Source of the DNA: Waddliaceae bacterium
Lineage (GTDB): Bacteria; Chlamydiota; Chlamydiia; Chlamydiales; SLFE01
Reading direction: 5' to 3'
Assembly (NCBI GenBank): GCA_963771045.1
Contig: CAVYRW010000004.1
Coordinates: forward strand, 1,728,001-1,792,000
DNA: 64,000 nt
The notes beneath the pieces were generated by a model. The model was not told where the DNA came from. It did not search any database and was given only the letters and a program-made list of their open reading frames with translations. The position numbers and the translations under genes were made by a program. Within the stretch, counting starts at the first letter, position 1. Every line of letters starts with the position of its first letter. Below are positions 59,658 through 64,000 of the stretch, in pieces.

Positions 59658-62513
59658 ATGAAGATTTTTTTGATCATCGCCATACTCTTTGTTTCCTCCA
59701 GCCTGGCGTCTTACGAAATCATCAAGGATGAAAACCATCTGCCTCCGCCTGTCTCATCCGAGGCTAAAACCCTTAAGATCAGACTAAAAAACGGCCTGGA
59801 AGCCTACCTCATTTCCGATCCGCGCGCCAAAAAATCGGCCGCCATTTTGTCTGTCAATGTCGGAAGCTGGCAGGATCCGAAAGCGCACCCGGGACTGGCC
59901 CACTTTCTTGAGCATATGCTCTTTATGGGAACAAAAAAATATCCTCAGGAAGCCGGATTTTCCGAGTTTATCAAAACCCATGGAGGACAAAACAACGCCT
60001 TCACCGAAGACCAGTACACCTCTTATGTCTTTGACGTGGACACCTCGGCCTTTTCCGAAGCGCTAGACCGCTTTTCCCAATTTTTTATCTCGCCCCTCTT
60101 CAAATCTTCGGCCCTCAAACGGGAGGTCCACGCCGTGGAGCAGGAGTTTGCCGGGAAGAGCCAGCTGAATATAGCGCGAAGGCTCATGATCTATAAAAAG
60201 TACGGATATGCCGGCCATCCTTTTAAACGCTTCAATTTCGGCAATGCCGAATCTCTTAAAGGAGCCGAGCAGAAAGAGCTTCAGGAGTGGTTTAACAAAT
60301 ATTACAGCGCTAATCAAATGCGCCTTGTAGCGGTCTCGCCGCTCCCCCTTGACGAACTTGCCTCCCTCATCGACAAATATTTCTCCCCCATCGAAAACAA
60401 ACACACTGTGAAGCCGGAGTATTTGACTCCTCTTCTCTCACAGGACCTGAAGGGGAAGATGCTCTTTGTCGAGCCGCTGGAAGACAAACGTTCGCTAATG
60501 CTGCTTTGGGAACTGCCTTCAAGATTCGCTAAGTCTCTGGAAACGAAGCCCCAGGATTTTCTCTGCTGGATATTGGGCCAGGAAGGCAAAAACAGCCTGC
60601 TCGGAGAATTGCGCAAACAGGGGCTGGCTCTGGAACTTGACTGCGGGGCCACTCAATGGGACGGGGATAATATGATCTTTATGCTCGGTTTGGAGCTGAC
60701 TGACAAAGGAGTGCGGAATGTCAATGATGTGGTCGGCCAAATTTACGAGACCTTCGCCACAATCAAAGACATGGGAGTCCCCCGCTATATCTTTAATGAT
60801 ATGAACGCCATAGAAACTCTTGAATACCTATATCCCGAAAACGATACACCTTTTAAGGAAGTCATCAGCCAGTCGAAAAAGATGCGGCTGGAAAATCTGG
60901 CAAGTTATCCGGAAAAAACGACAATCATAGAAAAATTCGATCCACAGATGGTCCGGCAGCTTCTGCACCATTTAACACCTCAAAATATGACCATGGACCT
61001 TCTGGCAAGTCCCTCGCTCACCCATGTCATCTTTAAGCAAACGGAAAAGTGGATGGGGACGAAATATACAATAAAGAGCATCCCGAAAGATCTCATGGAA
61101 AAGTGGAGCGAAGCAAATGATCATCCGACGGTAAAAATTCCTCCTCCCAATCCCTACATCCCAAAAAACCTGGCTTTGCAAAAGAAAGAAAGCCGAAAGG
61201 TCATTGAAAATGAAAAGGGCAAACTCTACCTCATACCCGGCAACTACTACAAGGTTCCCAAAACCAGCTGGACGATACTTGTCAAAACTCCCGCCATAAA
61301 TGCCGGCAGGCCCGAATCGATTGTACTGGCCGATCTTTGGATTAGAAGCATAAAAAAGACGCTTTCCCCGTACAGCTTCGAGGCCGAGCTCGCCGGGCTC
61401 GATTACGATATCGACCTTGAAGACAACGGAATCAAAATCACCCTGAACGGGTATAGCGAAAACGCCCCCCGCCTGCTAAAAGACATTCTGGCAGCAGTCG
61501 CAAAACTCGATCTTGATGAAGAGAAATTCCAAGAATATAAAAAAGCGCTCCAGCAGCACTATCGCAATTACGATTTCAAATCCCCCTATTTGCAAGGACT
61601 GGACCTGATCAAGGAGATCATCTATAAACGCTTCACATCTTTTGTCGAAAAACAAATCGCTGCCGAAGCCCTCACTTATGACAGTTTCAAAAAGTTTTCC
61701 CAAAACATTTTTGATCAAACATATATCGAAGCGGTCTTTTACGGAAATATCGAACTCGATTCTTCGAAAAAAGTCTGGGAAAATCTGTTAGCCCTATCGC
61801 CTGCTCCTTATCCGGAAAAGGACCGTCTCGAAAAAGAGGTCGGAATCCTTCCTGAGGATTCGGGACCGTATTATCTCGAAAAAACGATCAATACAAAAGG
61901 AAACGCTCTGATTCTTCTGATCGAAAACCCCGATTTTTCGTTCAAAAACTACGGAGCTCAAGAAATTCTCTCTGAAATGATGAGCACTCCCTTTTTCGAT
62001 GAACTCAGGACCAAGCAGCAAACCGCCTACATTATCGGGAACCTGGAAGAAGAGATACAAAAAGTTTTCTTCCAGTTTTTCGTTTTGGAATCCTACTCCT
62101 ACGACCCGCGCGACTTGCTGGCCCGCCTGGAGCTATTTATCGAAGTGTTCGCCCACTCGCTGAATCATAAGAAAGACACAAAAGAAAAATTCGAATCGAC
62201 AAAAGGATCTCTGATCAACAAACTGAAAAACCCTCCCGAAAATCTGAAGGAAAAAGGAAAGCAGCTTGCCGAAATCGTTTTTAAACACGAAGCCGATTTT
62301 GACTGGATTCAAAAACGGATTGAAGGGCTTCAATCCTTAAGCTTTGAAGAATTTATTGACTACGCAGAAAAAACCCTCTCCAAAAACAATAAAAGACGGC
62401 TTGCTGCTTTGATGGAAGGACACGAAAACAACCTCATATTGCAATATACCGAAGCCAAAAGCCCTGCCTTCCTTCGCGGAAAAACAAACTATATTCCGGA
62501 CGAAAAGCAATGA
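59658..62513 (+). CDS. ptr: Insulinase/pitrilysin (M16A) protease with signal peptide
   Basis: GLAHFLEHMLFMGT (HxxEH), NAFT, FFDELRTKQQTAY. Confidence 0.93.
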   Translation: MKIFLIIAILFVSSSLASYEIIKDENHLPPPVSSEAKTLKIRLKNGLEAYLISDPRAKKSAAILSVNVGSWQDPKAHPGLAHFLEHMLFMGTKKYPQEAGFSEFIKTHGGQNNAFTEDQYTSYVFDVDTSAFSEALDRFSQFFISPLFKSSALKREVHAVEQEFAGKSQLNIARRLMIYKKYGYAGHPFKRFNFGNAESLKGAEQKELQEWFNKYYSANQMRLVAVSPLPLDELASLIDKYFSPIENKHTVKPEYLTPLLSQDLKGKMLFVEPLEDKRSLMLLWELPSRFAKSLETKPQDFLCWILGQEGKNSLLGELRKQGLALELDCGATQWDGDNMIFMLGLELTDKGVRNVNDVVGQIYETFATIKDMGVPRYIFNDMNAIETLEYLYPENDTPFKEVISQSKKMRLENLASYPEKTTIIEKFDPQMVRQLLHHLTPQNMTMDLLASPSLTHVIFKQTEKWMGTKYTIKSIPKDLMEKWSEANDHPTVKIPPPNPYIPKNLALQKKESRKVIENEKGKLYLIPGNYYKVPKTSWTILVKTPAINAGRPESIVLADLWIRSIKKTLSPYSFEAELAGLDYDIDLEDNGIKITLNGYSENAPRLLKDILAAVAKLDLDEEKFQEYKKALQQHYRNYDFKSPYLQGLDLIKEIIYKRFTSFVEKQIAAEALTYDSFKKFSQNIFDQTYIEAVFYGNIELDSSKKVWENLLALSPAPYPEKDRLEKEVGILPEDSGPYYLEKTINTKGNALILLIENPDFSFKNYGAQEILSEMMSTPFFDELRTKQQTAYIIGNLEEEIQKVFFQFFVLESYSYDPRDLLARLELFIEVFAHSLNHKKDTKEKFESTKGSLINKLKNPPENLKEKGKQLAEIVFKHEADFDWIQKRIEGLQSLSFEEFIDYAEKTLSKNNKRRLAALMEGHENNLILQYTEAKSPAFLRGKTNYIPDEKQ

Positions 62514-63769
62514 TTGCGCTGGCGACGTTTATTGTCTGTTATGTTTTCTTTGTCCTCATCGGAAGGAAAAGATCCACAGTCGCTCTGCTCGGCGCGTTAG
62601 TTTTGCTCTTTACAGGAACCATTTCCCCATTCAACGCGCTAAACTATGTTCAGTGGAATGTCATCGGACTTTTTTTCGGCACCCTGATACTCGCCGAACT
62701 TTTTATGCAATCCCATATGCCGGCAGTGATGGCCGAATGGGTTGTCGACAAGACAAAGACGGTAAGAGGAGCGATCATTGCGGTCACGGCCCTGTCAAGC
62801 GCCCTGTCGATCTTTGTTGAAAATGTCGCAGTTGTTCTCATTATTGCTCCGGTTACTTTAAAACTTTGCGAAAAAATTCAACTATCTCCCATCAAACCTC
62901 TCATCTTTCTTGCGATTTTCTCGAATATTCAAGGGACCGCAACATTGATCGGCGACCCTCCCAGCATGATCCTTGCAGGCTATCTCAAGATGAACTTTAC
63001 CGATTTTTTCATCTATAAGGAAAAGATTGGTATTTTCTTTTTTGTTCAGGCAGGAGCGCTTGCCGCTCTTTTGCTCGCCTGCTGGCTGATGCGCCGCCAC
63101 ACTGAAAAAACTAAAATTATCACCATTGAAAAAGCCCGCTCGTTCATTCCCTCCCTCTTACTGATTCTGCTTGTCATCCTCCTTTCATTTGCTTCGTTGA
63201 TCGATCCCGATTTTCTCTGGTTTGCGGGCACAGCGTCAATGACGCTGGCCGCTATCGGACTCATCTGGTATGAACTCGGACCTAGGTGGACCTCCGTCAA
63301 AGATCTGATAATTCAACTTGACTTTGAGACGACAATTTTTCTGATCGGCGTATTCATCCTTGTGGGGGCGCTTATCGACGCCGGCTGGATCTCGGCTCTC
63401 TCTCACGGCATATCCGCCTACCTTTCCGGACACATCCTCTGGACCTATGTACTTATTATCGCGTTTTCGGTAGCGATATCCGCCTTTGTCGACAATGTTC
63501 CCTATCTGCTTGCGATGATCCCTGTCGTGCAGAATGTCGCCTCCGATATCGGCGCACCGCTGCCTCTCCTGATGTTTGCGCTTCTCATCGGTTCATGCCT
63601 GGGAGGCAACATAACACCCATCGGCGCTTCTGCCAACATCGTCGCAATGGGTATGCTCAGAAAACATGGCCACGTTGTTACATTCAATACCTTCACCCGT
63701 CTTGGCCTTATCCTGACGTCCGCTGCAGTGATTGCCTCAAGTATTTTCCTCTGGTTTATCTGGGCTTGA
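62510..63769 (+). CDS. ArsB/NhaD/SLC13-type (IT superfamily) permease
   Basis: SIFVENVAVVL, TLIGDPPS, SAFVDNVPY, LGGNITPIGASAN. Confidence 0.88.
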   Translation: MIALATFIVCYVFFVLIGRKRSTVALLGALVLLFTGTISPFNALNYVQWNVIGLFFGTLILAELFMQSHMPAVMAEWVVDKTKTVRGAIIAVTALSSALSIFVENVAVVLIIAPVTLKLCEKIQLSPIKPLIFLAIFSNIQGTATLIGDPPSMILAGYLKMNFTDFFIYKEKIGIFFFVQAGALAALLLACWLMRRHTEKTKIITIEKARSFIPSLLLILLVILLSFASLIDPDFLWFAGTASMTLAAIGLIWYELGPRWTSVKDLIIQLDFETTIFLIGVFILVGALIDAGWISALSHGISAYLSGHILWTYVLIIAFSVAISAFVDNVPYLLAMIPVVQNVASDIGAPLPLLMFALLIGSCLGGNITPIGASANIVAMGMLRKHGHVVTFNTFTRLGLILTSAAVIASSIFLWFIWA

Positions 63770-64000
63770 AGCAAGTATAAAATGCAGAATAACTTTTAAA
63801 TAAGCGATTGTAGTAGCAAAGGGTTAAATTTGGGTGCTTACTAAATAACTGCTTAACTTGCCTAAAAGATATCTTTCTACGTTCAAGATCAAGAAAGTCT
63901 AGTTTAGGAAAAGCCTCGGCGATTTCCAGAAGAACTTTGGTTGAAAGGTAGTGGTAATTCACCAGTCGAATAATTGGCGGATTTTCAGTCCCTGCAATCG
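63756..64000 (-). CDS. C-terminus of a hypothetical LRR-like protein (5' end outside the window)
   Basis: Frame open to the window end; LLEIAEAFPKLDFLDL..VKQLFSKHPNL. Confidence 0.5.
   Translation of the reverse strand, partial: IAGTENPPIIRLVNYHYLSTKVLLEIAEAFPKLDFLDLERRKISFRQVKQLFSKHPNLTLCYYNRLFKSYSAFYTCFKPR

Noticed and set aside
1..64000. CRISPR array, tRNA, rRNA, prophage or known defence system
   Set aside because: No regularly spaced repeats, cloverleaf, rRNA signature, phage structural gene or defence-domain motif seen by eye

Overview
This 64 kb window almost certainly comes from an environmental Chlamydiota (Parachlamydiales-like) genome. The right end has chlamydial core synteny: rnpB-cdsZ, glyA-clpP1-dapF-UPF0158, plsX-rpmF-yceD, and rng-plant-type GPAT-insulinase. 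The left 50 kb is largely accessory. It contains a Wsp-type chemosensory operon whose output is a REC-PP2C phosphatase, with no receptor in the locus; a type III PKS/methyltransferase/FAD-oxidoreductase/desaturase cluster; and glycosyltransferases, a GT-GT-GT-sulfotransferase fusion and a UDP-GlcA decarboxylase that mostly carry apparent export signals. It also has a Cys-rich secreted protein paired with a VKOR-like/thioredoxin fusion, two secreted WYL-like paralogs, an intact IS66 (8-bp TSD) inserted in a decayed lipase-toxin/partner cassette, three copies of an IS66-like miniature repeat, several effector-like genes and part of an arginine succinyltransferase pathway. Many genes, including core clpP and dapF, have single-base frameshifts that look like sequencing insertions, so pseudogene calls are tentative. 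All family assignments come from reading motifs by eye; no searches were run.
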